Source: Eledone cirrhosa (taxonomy: Eukaryota). From it: a stretch of 64,000 nucleotides of DNA. The position numbers and the translations under genes are program-made. The notes beneath the pieces were generated by a model. The model did not search any database, was not told the DNA's origin, and was given only the letters and a program-made list of their open reading frames with translations. Shown piece after piece: positions 53,183 to 64,000 of this stretch (positions are counted from its first letter, which is position 1; the number at the start of each line of letters is the position of its first letter). The stretch lies in contig OZ024745.1 of the NCBI GenBank assembly GCA_964016885.1, forward strand, positions 119,722,001 to 119,786,000. The letters run 5' to 3'.

Positions 53183-53368
53183 TGCGGTAGATTGGCAGTA
53201 TCGGTGGAGAGTCAGACACCATATTTTGCAGCATAGAGTTACGGCCCGTTATGGTCTGAGATCAAATCCCGCCGAGGTGTGCCTTTCATCCCAACGGGAT
53301 CGATAAAATAAAGTACCAGTAGTACACTGGGTAATTGCTGGTCTTGTGCCAAGACTAGAAACAATTAT
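53183..53368 (+). mobile_element. SINE with a 17-bp target duplication
   Basis: ATTATATTTGTGGAACA on both sides. Confidence 0.9.
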
Positions 53369-53681
53369 ATTTGTGGAACATGTAAGGAGTTGCTTGTGAT
53401 TGAAAATGCCAGAGTTGTATACATGAACAGTTTTGAAATGCGAAATATATTTTGATAGTTGTAAACAACCACTAAAACAAATTCAATGTAACTACAAAAT
53501 GCACGGTTCTTATACATCTTTCTTAGTTGGCGTTACTCTTTTTTTAAATTGCAAATTTGATGGTTTTCTGAGTGAGTTGTAGGTTGAGAATTTTAGCCAG
53601 TCAATGGATGTTATTTTATTTGGACATGCATTTTGTTTGGTCAATGTAGTAGTTAAGGCAACTCTTGATCATCATCATATG

Positions 53682-53729
<48 letters not shown>

Positions 53730-53778
53730 TCATGCATACACACAATATGCAAAGACACTGACAAACGGATATCTATAA

Positions 53779-53818
<40 letters not shown>

Positions 53819-55289
53819 GTGTGTGTATGTGTGTGTGTACATATGTGCATGTTTGTGTATGCGTGTTTGTGTTTTCACGAGTATGTGAGCATATGTGTGT
53901 ATGTATAAGAAAAATCTAATAACGATTTGATTTAAAGATGCATCCAATGATTTATAAATGATTTATAAAAACAGATAACCATGGTATGAAATCTGAAACT
54001 GACCTATACATAAAATAACAATACATTTTACTATCATTTTAAACCTTTATTATTATTTTACTTTTAAAACGTGATGTGTGCTGAAACATTGTATTTTTAA
54101 TTACCTCTAGAGAATACAAATACTTTTCAACAAAGCATTTCCTTGTTTCATCACCGACTCAAATGGACAGGCCACGTCATTAGATCTGAGATCAACAGAA
54201 TACAAAATCAAGTCCACCCACAAACAAAAACTGCGTTTCAAGGATTGTGCAAAGTTGACCCATCTCGATGGTAGGTCAAAGAATTTTTCAAAAGCGAGTG
54301 GTGCACAGGCCTGTGGTATAAGACTTTTTCGGAATTATGCCTCGGTATGGGCTAGTAATAAGCTTGTACCAACGTTTATATGGAATGAATTTAGCCACCA
54401 AAAGGAAACATAGATATGTCTAGGCATGTCGGTAAGTCGTTTTGAAAGCGACCTTCAGATACCAAAATAATAGGAACATCACAAATTTGGCAAATAATAT
54501 GGTAGCTCAAATACAAGACTCTTAAATGGAAGATACTTGATCAGACTCGACCATATGTAAAGGGCTCAAGGTTTGCGGTCATAAAATGACGAGCGATGGT
54601 GGATACCGAACAATTTCCGCACCAACAATAGACAGCTAATTCCTCGCCTGCTGTTCTTCTCATGCTGCCCCCCACACTAGGAAGCACCTTCTAAAAAACT
54701 GCCTCCATAAGAATTAAATATAATAATATTTCTCTAGAATGTGTTCTTTCCTAAAAAATATTTTATCTCTACCTTAGCGTTTGATTATCTCCCTTTTCCT
54801 TGAACTGTTCAACATAGCGGCTCTAACTGTTGCAGTTGTACCCCTTTGGTCGAAATAACTTTGTTTCGATATTTTAAATCATTCTCTGTATTCTTCATTT
54901 ATTATCCCCCCTTTGGTCCCTCACTTATTTCGCTCCTTTATTTAAGCTATTTTCGGTTCCTTTCCACCAGCAAAGGTTGAAAATGTTGTTTTTCCAAGAC
55001 AATGAAACTTACGTTCCTAGTATGGCTCCATTGAAGTAACTGGCCTTAAAGATTATATAAAAAACCTCTCCCGACGGACTTGAGTTACTTTGTACCTTGG
55101 ATAGTCCTACAAAGTGATTATCATTACATTTATGTAAATATAAAATATATATACTTCTCTCTCTCTCTATATATATAATAAACACACACTCACACACATA
55201 TATATATATATATATATATTTATTTACATTATTCTTAAACTCCGGAGCTGAGGATCTTTCGGATATTCTAATTAGAATTTTAGTCTAAT

Positions 55290-56125
55290 GAATTTTAGTA
55301 CCTCCTCCTTTTCCCCCTGCTGACGTCAAGTCCCACCAAAACGTATCGGATGCAATCCAATGCAGCCTGGCTTGAGACAGGCTTGCGCGCCAGCTCGACC
55401 AGCCTTGCCTGTTTTCGCGGGGCCTCATAACCCCTCAGTAGTGCCTGGCTCCATGCCTTGCCCTCCTGCTCCACTGGCACGCAGCTGGATGACGAGAGCC
55501 TACGCATCGGCGTTTCCTTGAGGCTTGGACTCCGGATCTGCGAGCCACATAAATGTCACTGTGGACTCTTTCGGCCTCCACCCGCTTTCCTGTCCCCACA
55601 GTAACGGCCGCCTTCCACGCCATGCTGCCCTCAACGAGGTCATCAAACATGGCTGGGCACTCCAGGCTTCCCCTCCCGGCTCGAGCCGGTGGGGCTGGAT
55701 CGAGGGGATGGCAAAAGACCATGGAGTATGACCAACTTCCCGTTCCGCGGTGGCAAACTCCTCGTCTGGGATGCCACTTGCAGCGACACATTCTCCAGCC
55801 GCAAGCTGGTGCAGTCTGCGACTAATCTAGGTACTGCTGCACGTCGGGATGAGGAGGCCAAACTATCCATCTACTGGACGCTCCCCGACAGGTTCGCGGT
55901 CGTGCCATTGGCAGTTGCGACTTCTGGTGTCCTTGGCCCTAGGACTACCTCCCTATTCACCATCATAGGCGCTGAGCTGGCCAGCCGCAGGTGTGAGCCT
56001 CGCGAGTTGGAATGGCTCTTCCAGCGCATCTCCATTGCCATGATCCGGGGAAACGCCTTCCCATCTTGTCCGCTGGAGCTGTGGGGAGGCCAGCATGTGG
56101 GACCCCATTTGGTCACCATACGGAT
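55290..56125 (+). mobile_element. CRE-clade RLE non-LTR retrotransposon 3' fragment
   Basis: GC-rich island: [86 protein letters not shown]. Confidence 0.85.
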
Positions 56126-56430
56126 TAATAGGCAAAGTTATAAACTATTGTCTAATGATTCCATTTCTACCATAAACATGTTTTCGTCTTTGCGTGAAAA
56201 TGTTTTCATCGCTCCACATAACGACGTAATTATCCTCGATTTCTTTCCGTTCATTGCCAAGGAACGTCTTCACGAACCAAGTATCGCCTTCCTGTTTTCC
56301 TTAGGTTGCAACGTTTTTCTAAATATTTACTTCTACCTCCACACATTGATTTTTGTTTTGTTTCAGAAGATCCCGTTAAGGGTGAAAGCAGCGATTTTTG
56401 CTTAAACTTTAATCTGTTATTTTAATAAAT

Positions 56431-57142
56431 ACTAGCAGTGTATGCCGGTGTTGCACGGGTAAGAACATTGGTAGTAGTTCCTCTAATGAGAAATGTTTAT
56501 TTGTGAGTGCCTGTTAAAAATTCACGAAAGTATACCGACAGAAAACTTGTTTTATTTGGAGAAAATTAAGAAGTTGAAAGTACAGTTTAGCTGTCTACGT
56601 GCATTGTTCATAGAAATATTGTTGAACCCCTTCTTTTCATACTCCTCTGTTTTTGCCTTTTGGAGTAAATGTGAAAGAGAAAGTCACAGGTTAAGTTGGC
56701 AGAAGGTTTCAGTGTCATAGCAGTAAGGCGTAGGCTACTTACCTCAAAAGTTCATTTGCACTCTTTCCACTAAGTTACTCTTTAGCTCTATCCCACTCGA
56801 TGCAATACCTTGCGAATTTCTCGCGCGGGCCTGGTGTAGATTTGCACCCGATCCATCTACCCGATGCACATGTTCGCTTTGTACGGCTTTTGGAGGAAGG
56901 AGTGACCAGCAGTACGTTGTTCGGTATTATTACGAAAAGGTGTAGCAGAGAATCCCGCGTGAACTAACAGCTCGGGAGGAAACTGCTTAGCTCGAAGATT
57001 CATTCGCCTTCGTTCTTGTCAATGCTCCGTTTACTTGATATTTGTTGGTCTAGAGTTAGATGAATGGCGCACAAAGGGTTAATGTTTATTGGCAAGAAGT
57101 TTTTTGAATAATAAAAGACGGGTTAAAGCGACCTACAATGTA

Positions 57143-57187
<45 letters not shown>

Positions 57188-57601
57188 TTATAAATATAGT
57201 TTCCATTAATTAATATATTGTATATTTACTCCACTGTTTTGTTGAGTGCTTTATATCAGTTATAAAAATGTTTAAGCTTGTTGAATCCCAACAAAGTAAA
57301 TATAAACTATGCGGGTAAATTTTCAATACCCGAATTACTTGATCGTTTTTTTGGGGGCTATGCGAATGATTGTTTAACCATCGTCTCAGTGTATTTGGCC
57401 TTTAACGTTTGTTATAGCTCTGGTTCATCTGAATCATTGAGCAATTGCCGCACATCTCGGAGGTTGTTTTTCGTTATTTCGTTGGCCGAAACACGAATCT
57501 CGATAATTTATGTTTATATATGTATATATATATATATGTGTGTGTGGGTATGTGTGTATATATTTACATATATTTTTATGTGTATATTTACATATATGTA
57601 A

Positions 57602-57663
<62 letters not shown>

Positions 57664-57664
57664 T

Positions 57665-57699
<35 letters not shown>

Positions 57700-57700
57700 T

Positions 57701-57739
<39 letters not shown>

Positions 57740-57740
57740 T

Positions 57741-57781
<41 letters not shown>

Positions 57782-57782
57782 T

Positions 57783-57835
<53 letters not shown>

Positions 57836-57836
57836 T

Positions 57837-57879
<43 letters not shown>

Positions 57880-58300
57880 TTGTATATATATATATATATA
57901 TATGTATATGTGTATATATGTATGTGTATATGTATATATGTGTATATATATATATATACATATATGTATACATCTATATATGTGTGTGTGCGTGTGTGTG
58001 TGTGTGAATGTAGCGAAGATAATAAGTCGGCAATGACGTGTTCGTCAGAATGTCGTTATGCAGACAGCCAGAAATACAGACATATATTATAAGGGCTCGA
58101 CGGAGATCGATAACCGGCGCCTAACACCCCATTAACCACAGAGAATTGAAAAATAAAAGCTGCAGTTAGTATCTCTATACTGCAAGGAACATATAAATGC
58201 AAGTTTGAAGTCAATCGGAGTAGAAATGTGGATTTGTATAGACTTTGCAAAAATGGGGACACACAGACACACAACAACAGTTTTATTTATATGTATATAT
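56431..58300 (+). mobile_element. Non-autonomous Helentron/Helitron-like element
   Basis: 5' ACTAGCAGTGTATGCCGGTGTTGCACGGG; 3' AAGTTTGAAGTCAATCGG...ACAGACACAC...TTTTATTTATAT; internal microsatellites; interrupts another repeat with no obvious long target duplication. Confidence 0.55.
57600..57905. repeat. Higher-order [(TA)n TGTGTTTG] minisatellite
   Basis: About six units, read directly. Confidence 0.9.
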
Positions 58301-58406
58301 GTAAAGATTTGCGCTACCGGATTTATATATATTTATATATAATCCTTATCGAGCCCTTTTCGGATTTAGTCTTCATATTTATTATTATTACTATATATAT
58401 ATATAT

Positions 58407-58471
<65 letters not shown>

Positions 58472-58499
58472 ATCAAAAGATGGTTAAAAGTGTTCCATG

Positions 58500-58570
58500 T
58501 ATTTTATTATGCGCATTTCAAAAACAAATATCATCATGCGAAGACATTTGCGTTTTCGTCGGATAAAATT
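58500..58570 (-). ncRNA. Minimal hammerhead motif with variant core CCGACGA
   Basis: Minus strand reads ATTTTAT-CCGACGA-AAAC-GCAAATGTC..GATATTTGT-TTTT-GAAA-TGCGCA-TA-ATAAAAT, so stems I, II and a palindromic III are all present. Confidence 0.65.
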
Positions 58571-59555
58571 GGGAGACATGATATGAAGGTTAAAAAACAC
58601 TTGTGAATAGTGCAGTTTTAAATCAACATAAGAAAAGTAGTTTTAGATTGATGTGTGATATTCGGAAAAAGATTGAGGGGGGGGGGGAGGATGAAAAAGA
58701 GGAGGGGATGAGAGTAAAGAATAGAGGGGGAGGAGTATAATATGGAAGGAGATGAGATAGGAGGAGAGATGGGTGATAGAGAGAGAGAGATAGCTGTTAT
58801 AACTGAGAAAAATATATTGTTTTACATAGAGAGGTTAAAAACCGTTGGAAGATAATACATAAATTAGAAAAAATTTGAAAATTAACGAAGAGAAAAGTTT
58901 TAGAATAATGTTAAATTAAGGTTTGTATATTGAAGGGTTTAATAATATGTGCGATGAAAAGAAATTGTTAATATGTATTAAGAATAATATTTAAGGGTTT
59001 AATGATATGTGCGATGGAAAGAAATTGTTGATATGTATTATTAAAAAAATATAAAAATATAATAATAGTAATGTAATTAAGGATATATTGTGAAAAGTAT
59101 TAGAAGAGTGGATGAATAAGTGTAATATCTATAAGTTAGATGAGCATGAAAGGGAGAAAAAAATAATGAATTGAGGATGAATAATCTAACGTCAAAAAAA
59201 TGTTTATGTTTACGAAAGATTTTTCAAGATGATATTATAAAGTATGTAAAAGGGTAAGAATATATTGTGGTGAGTAGTAATGAGAATTGAGAAGTATCTA
59301 GGAAGGAAAGGTACAGATTAGAGGTTAGAAATTAAAAGAAAAAAAGAAAAAAAGAAAAAAAGAAAAAAGGAAAAAAAAGAAAGAAAGGGAAGTGATAAAT
59401 AGGAGTGATATAGAATGAGTAACTAGTATTATATAATGTATAATAAATAACATTGAAATAAGGTAGAAAGATGGGTATATTTTTAAAGAAATATATATGT
59501 ATATATATATATGTGCCTTTGAGAAAAGGATGTTAAATTGGTAAAGTATTAGATA

Positions 59556-61217
59556 TTAGCTGTATACTTTATGGAATGTTCTGTGGAATTTATGCAAGCA
59601 GAGAGAAAACAAGTCAGTGCGTCTATTTATTATAGAATCTAAATTAGATATAATGGTAAATTTCTCACATAAACAGAGATTACATGTCTTGGATAGAGAA
59701 CCATTCAAGTATGAAGAAGCAGAACAAACCTTCCTCCAAGAGATGTTATACTTAATTTGTTTGTCTTTCAAGGACCATATGAGTTCTGAGAGTGCCGTGT
59801 TGGTTCTTTTAAGTTGGTATTTAAAAGACGAATGATGATTATAAAGACGAGCTTTAAAGGCGGTGGAAGTGGAGCCAAAATAGGTAAAGGAATTGGTGTC
59901 AGTTATAACTTTACATTCGTAGATTAAGTTTTTTTCAAGACAATGTTTGTTGAGATGACATTTATTTTTAACAGGGCAATTACAATTGCGATTAGAGAGA
60001 TTAATAGAGTTATTAACAAGTGTCCTAGTGTTAACTATAGAAGGAATTGGATTGGAGAAGTTATTTACGATAGGAATAATAGTTTCTTGATTTAGAATGG
60101 GATTAAGAACATTTAACGAAGTTGCGTTTGACGTTGTATTTGGAGTTGCAGAAATTAGCCTAAAGTTAATAATGACGTCGGGAGTACTATTACTATTATT
60201 ATGATATTCAGTGTTGGAAGGAAGAGATTTAGTATTTAGTATTTTATTGTTGTGTTTAGAGATAATTTTGGAGATGTTGGAGGAGGTCGAATAGGAAAAT
60301 TTGATAGTGTGTTTGTTAAATATTTTACTATAGATATGTGAGGGAGGGAAGCATTTATTTAAGGCACTAAAGAATAATTTAGGAATATTATTATTAATAG
60401 AGATGGAGAAAGGAGCATTATACCAGATTATATTTTTGTATCTAGGTCTTTTATTAAAGTTATTGGAATGATCATGATTAATTATTCTACTGTAAGATCT
60501 TCTAGAATTTGTTTCTTTACTATATTTGATTTTATCAGGATAACCGGCTTTAGAAAGCGCGTTATTATAGTAATTGGCGTTAGCATCAAATATGTTTTCA
60601 TTAGATGATAGGTTGGATATTCTTTTTCCAATATTACTAACTATAGCATTCTTAATATTAGTGGGGTGGTTAGATTTAAAATTAACATAATTTAGGTTCT
60701 CATTGTTTTTATGGTAAGGGTAATATAGGCCAGTGTCAAGATTAAGAGATACATCCAAGAAATTAGCTAGTTTGATGTTGTTATCAAATTCAATTTTTAA
60801 GTTATGTTGGTTAAAGAGATTACGTATATTGTTCTTAATAATATTAAGGTTAACTATGTTGCAATTTAAGATAGTAAAGAGTCCATCGTCACGATAAATT
60901 CCAACGCGAAGCTGAAGAATTTTCCGATTCAAAGAGTTCAAAATAAAGATACCAATTAAATCTGTCAATTGGGATGAATCGGATGCTCCCATTGTGATGT
61001 CAAAGTTGTTAGAGGTATCAGCCCTGGTCCAATATTCATTGTTGAACTCTAGTGAGAATGATGTGAAGTTCATCTGTGGTGATGTCTGAATATTTGTAAG
61101 CGAAAGATAGAGCATTGTTGAGAAGTGAGGGCGAAATAGAAGAATAGTAATGGCAATATCAAATTGAATAAATTTTTGTTTGTTTTTCTTATTCAATTTG
61201 TTGAACCAGCCAATCAC
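59556..61217 (-). CDS. PLE polyprotein: RT, thumb and GIY-YIG endonuclease (N-terminus truncated/frameshifted)
   Basis: FDITMGASDSSQ, GIYRDDGL, NFLDVSLNL, IIWYNAPFS, CNCPVKNKC (CxCx5C), NLIY..TYFGSTSTAFKARLYNH, CNLCLCEK, CLH. About 500 codons are open after a local frameshift near 61050-61150. Confidence 0.88.
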   Translation of the reverse strand: MIGWFNKLNKKNKQKFIQFDIAITILLFRPHFSTMLYLSLTNIQTSPQMNFTSFSLEFNNEYWTRADTSNNFDITMGASDSSQLTDLIGIFILNSLNRKILQLRVGIYRDDGLFTILNCNIVNLNIIKNNIRNLFNQHNLKIEFDNNIKLANFLDVSLNLDTGLYYPYHKNNENLNYVNFKSNHPTNIKNAIVSNIGKRISNLSSNENIFDANANYYNNALSKAGYPDKIKYSKETNSRRSYSRIINHDHSNNFNKRPRYKNIIWYNAPFSISINNNIPKLFFSALNKCFPPSHIYSKIFNKHTIKFSYSTSSNISKIISKHNNKILNTKSLPSNTEYHNNSNSTPDVIINFRLISATPNTTSNATSLNVLNPILNQETIIPIVNNFSNPIPSIVNTRTLVNNSINLSNRNCNCPVKNKCHLNKHCLEKNLIYECKVITDTNSFTYFGSTSTAFKARLYNHHSSFKYQLKRTNTALSELIWSLKDKQIKYNISWRKVCSASSYLNGSLSKTCNLCLCEKFTIISNLDSIINRRTDLFSLCLHKFHRTFHKVYS

Positions 61218-61273
61218 TTCAGAAGTACCAAACCATAAATTTAAGTTATTGTACTACAATAAAACTCACCTCC

Positions 61274-61321
<48 letters not shown>

Positions 61322-61504
61322 TATATACACACACACACACACACACGCACACACGCACGCACGCACGCACACACACATATATATATATTTTAAGGGAGGT
61401 ATTCACAATATTCTTCACAAATATGAAAATACACTCTTGACATGCAATTTGTCCAAACATGGAAGAGCCGAACTCCCACCGTCATCGACCCTATCTCTCT
61501 CACC

Positions 61505-61575
61505 CTCCGCATCTCTCTGTATAGTTAACAAATGGGGTCCCACGTGCTGGCCTCCCCACAGCTCCATAGGATGGT
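61505..61575 (-). repeat. Copy of the segment just 3' of the CRE-like ORF
   Basis: GGAGCTGTGGGGAGGCCAGCA(C/T)GTGGGACCCCATTTG is shared with 56075-56112. Confidence 0.7.
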
Positions 61576-64000
61576 AAGGGAGATGCGCTGGTGACATGAA
61601 GAGGGAATAGGTTCTTAGGACTGCTTAGTTGGTAGAAAGTGATGGTAGTTGAAGTATGAGCTGCTGTCTGGAACGGGTGGGGGTAGAATTAATGTCATAA
61701 CTACGACCACTTCGGCATAGCAACACTTGTGCTTATTTCATTGCTGTGTTTGATTCTTCACTCGACATATAAACGCTCTTGTGGTAAGATTTTAATCCGT
61801 TATCTATTACTGTTTTTTTTTTAATCTCATTGTGTTATTCATACATTTTAGCAATTCAGCTTTTTATTACAATCTACTTTCAGGAATATTCCAATTAATA
61901 TGGCTATAAATTGGTTAAACATACAGCAAAAGAAAGCAGCATTGGAAGGGACTAATGAGTGCGATAAATGAGAGGAAAAGAGGGAAAGAGCAAGGACTAT
62001 TAGACGAAGGAAGAAAGAAAGCGAGAAGGAGAGAGGGTGACAGACTTTACACCTAGGTCATAGAGGTATTTTGGTTGCCCCTTGCGGACAAAATGGCATA
62101 GGCATTTCCGAGTGCAGTGGCCGGTAACACCCACTGCAACAGCCACCCCACTGTTTGTTTAGTTAATTATTTCTTTTGTTACATACGTCCATTTATTGCT
62201 GTTTGTTTTACTTCAGTTTAATCTGTTGTTTTTTGGTTCAAAGTGAGTCCATTAACTTAATAATTGGCGCTAACTGGAATGTGTGTGTTGTTTGGAATAT
62301 GTTTCTTATTTAAATTTACTTTATTGTAGCGGATGTTGCTTTTGTTTCGTCGCATTCTTTAGCGCGAGGTTTTATTTTTATTAAGCTTTAATTTGATTAT
62401 TTAATTTCTGAGCCTCTAACTTCAAGGTGCATTTCATGAAAAGTATCAATTCTCTTTATTTGCAAAATCTTGTGTAAAGTATTTTGAGGAAGAAAATAGT
62501 TAATTCGAAACAAAGTATGTAGAAATATAAAAGGTGCATTAAACTGAGATTGTATACGGCTGAACTATATATAACTTGTATATTAACGAGCTACATATCA
62601 ATGCAATTTTACATCGTCTGATGTATGTCAAAAAATGCATAACACAACATACAGCGTTTTATTATACATGTTTGGGAATATAAAAATAGTTACTATATAG
62701 AAGAAAGGTATATTTAACAATGGGCGATAATGCATGGCTGCATCATTGAATAATTGGCAGTCCAATTATCCTCCAGCCAATTAACATTATTCACCTCGTT
62801 AACATTATTAACAAATGTTTGAGTATGATTTCTCATTTGCCTAAAGAAATATTAAACCACAATATGTAGTGTGTACTTGATTTGTACATATACAAATCAA
62901 ATGAAGAAAAAAGGACGCTTTTAATAGTCTTCATAAATTGTGTTTATTTGATATTTATTTGTATGTTCCATGACCCAACATAATATTACTACTACCTGTG
63001 TCTTGTTTGCCATAAGTGGAGCCTGCTTTATTGCAAGGTTCTGGACCAACTACCTGGCCTGGGGGTATATCCATCCCTTCCTTTCTCCAAACTGAGATTC
63101 CTCTCCTCCACCGACTAAACCAATCAAAGAGGGGGTTACTCTACCCAGAATATCATATCCTTACGAAGTAAAAAAACCAAATACGATAGAAATATTCAAA
63201 TATACCAAAGTAAGTAATACAAAAAGAATTTATTTCAGTTGTTGATGGTAGTAATAGTAGAAAATATATCATAGAGAAAATATACGATTAAATTCGAACT
63301 ACAAACGAAGAGGAAATTTATATCTCATTTTCATTCATTAACGTTTGTTTCGTGTTGTATTAAATATTTCTTCTGACTATGTAAAATTATGGGCAAACGA
63401 ATTGTTTCATTATATGAACATTATTAAAATTTATTTGAATATAAATGTAATATACTTTTATGGCAACAAGCCGAATTATATTGTCACAATTATGAGTAAC
63501 TATACAATATCGAATATTTGTCAATCTTAGATATGTTATCTATCAAGCACTTTATCTACATAGTCTATAATAGGTGTATAAACTCAGCATATATTTGATT
63601 CAACACATATATCGAAGGAATCCTTATAATAAATCAATTCCGTATTAAATTAGACATAACTCAATATTGAATATTTTAGTGCATAATAAAGACACATTAT
63701 CACATCTGATAGAATAGATACTATGAGGTGTTACATTTGAGTTTATGTCTTGATCTCCATTACATTATTTCTATGTGCATTGCTTAGATCATATTTTACG
63801 AAACACTGAACCATATATTTAGTTTCTATTCAATTTAAATGTATTACCGAGATATTGTTCAACTATCTAATTCCAGTCCATAGTAGGAAAAATGTAGCTG
63901 TTTCTTTTATAAATCTTTTAACTTCATCAGCCAACTTATGCCATGATTATATATAATGCTTATTTTATATCAATATTGTTTTATTTAGAAAATGTATAAT

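Larger units (their letters stand above)
56355..58395 (+). mobile_element. pLTR family A copy split by an insertion (parts at 56355-56430 and about 58305-58395)
   Basis: The two parts correspond to the contiguous sequence at 8640-8810. Confidence 0.7.
58470..61278 (-). mobile_element. 5'-truncated Penelope-like element between (TA)n tracts
   Basis: ORF 59556-61217, an AT-rich 3' UTR of about 1 kb and a terminal hammerhead-like motif. Confidence 0.92.

Noticed and set aside
54000-54700. Possible CR1-like LINE remnant
   Set aside because: Too degenerate to translate into convincing motifs by eye.
56125-56405. C-terminal half of the 238-aa ORF
   Set aside because: Read-through past the CRE ORF end into UTR and pLTR sequence.

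Overview
AT-rich, repeat-dominated eukaryotic DNA with no host exon, tRNA, rRNA or CRISPR array that I can support. The (TA)n/(CA)n density, SINE type and LINE mix suggest an invertebrate, probably a cephalopod (Octopus-like); this is inference. Recognisable content: (1) several Penelope-like retroelements (PLEs; RT plus C-terminal GIY-YIG, Hydra-clade-like), one near full length and one with a long open ORF; (2) an R4/Dong-like restriction-like-endonuclease (RLE) LINE in a tandem stack at (ACAT)n; (3) a CRE-like RLE fragment; (4) RTE-clade LINE fragments; (5) about 25 copies of a tRNA-derived SINE; (6) Tc1/mariner- and hAT-type MITEs, a Helentron-like element, and a 4x128-bp tandem repeat. 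The most striking feature is a set of PLE terminal repeats (pLTRs) carrying minimal hammerhead ribozyme motifs. They recur as fold-back palindromes from about 0.1 to 2.3 kb, nearly all abutting (TA)n tracts. Most listed ORFs are microsatellite artefacts. Coordinates were read by eye and may be off by a few bases.
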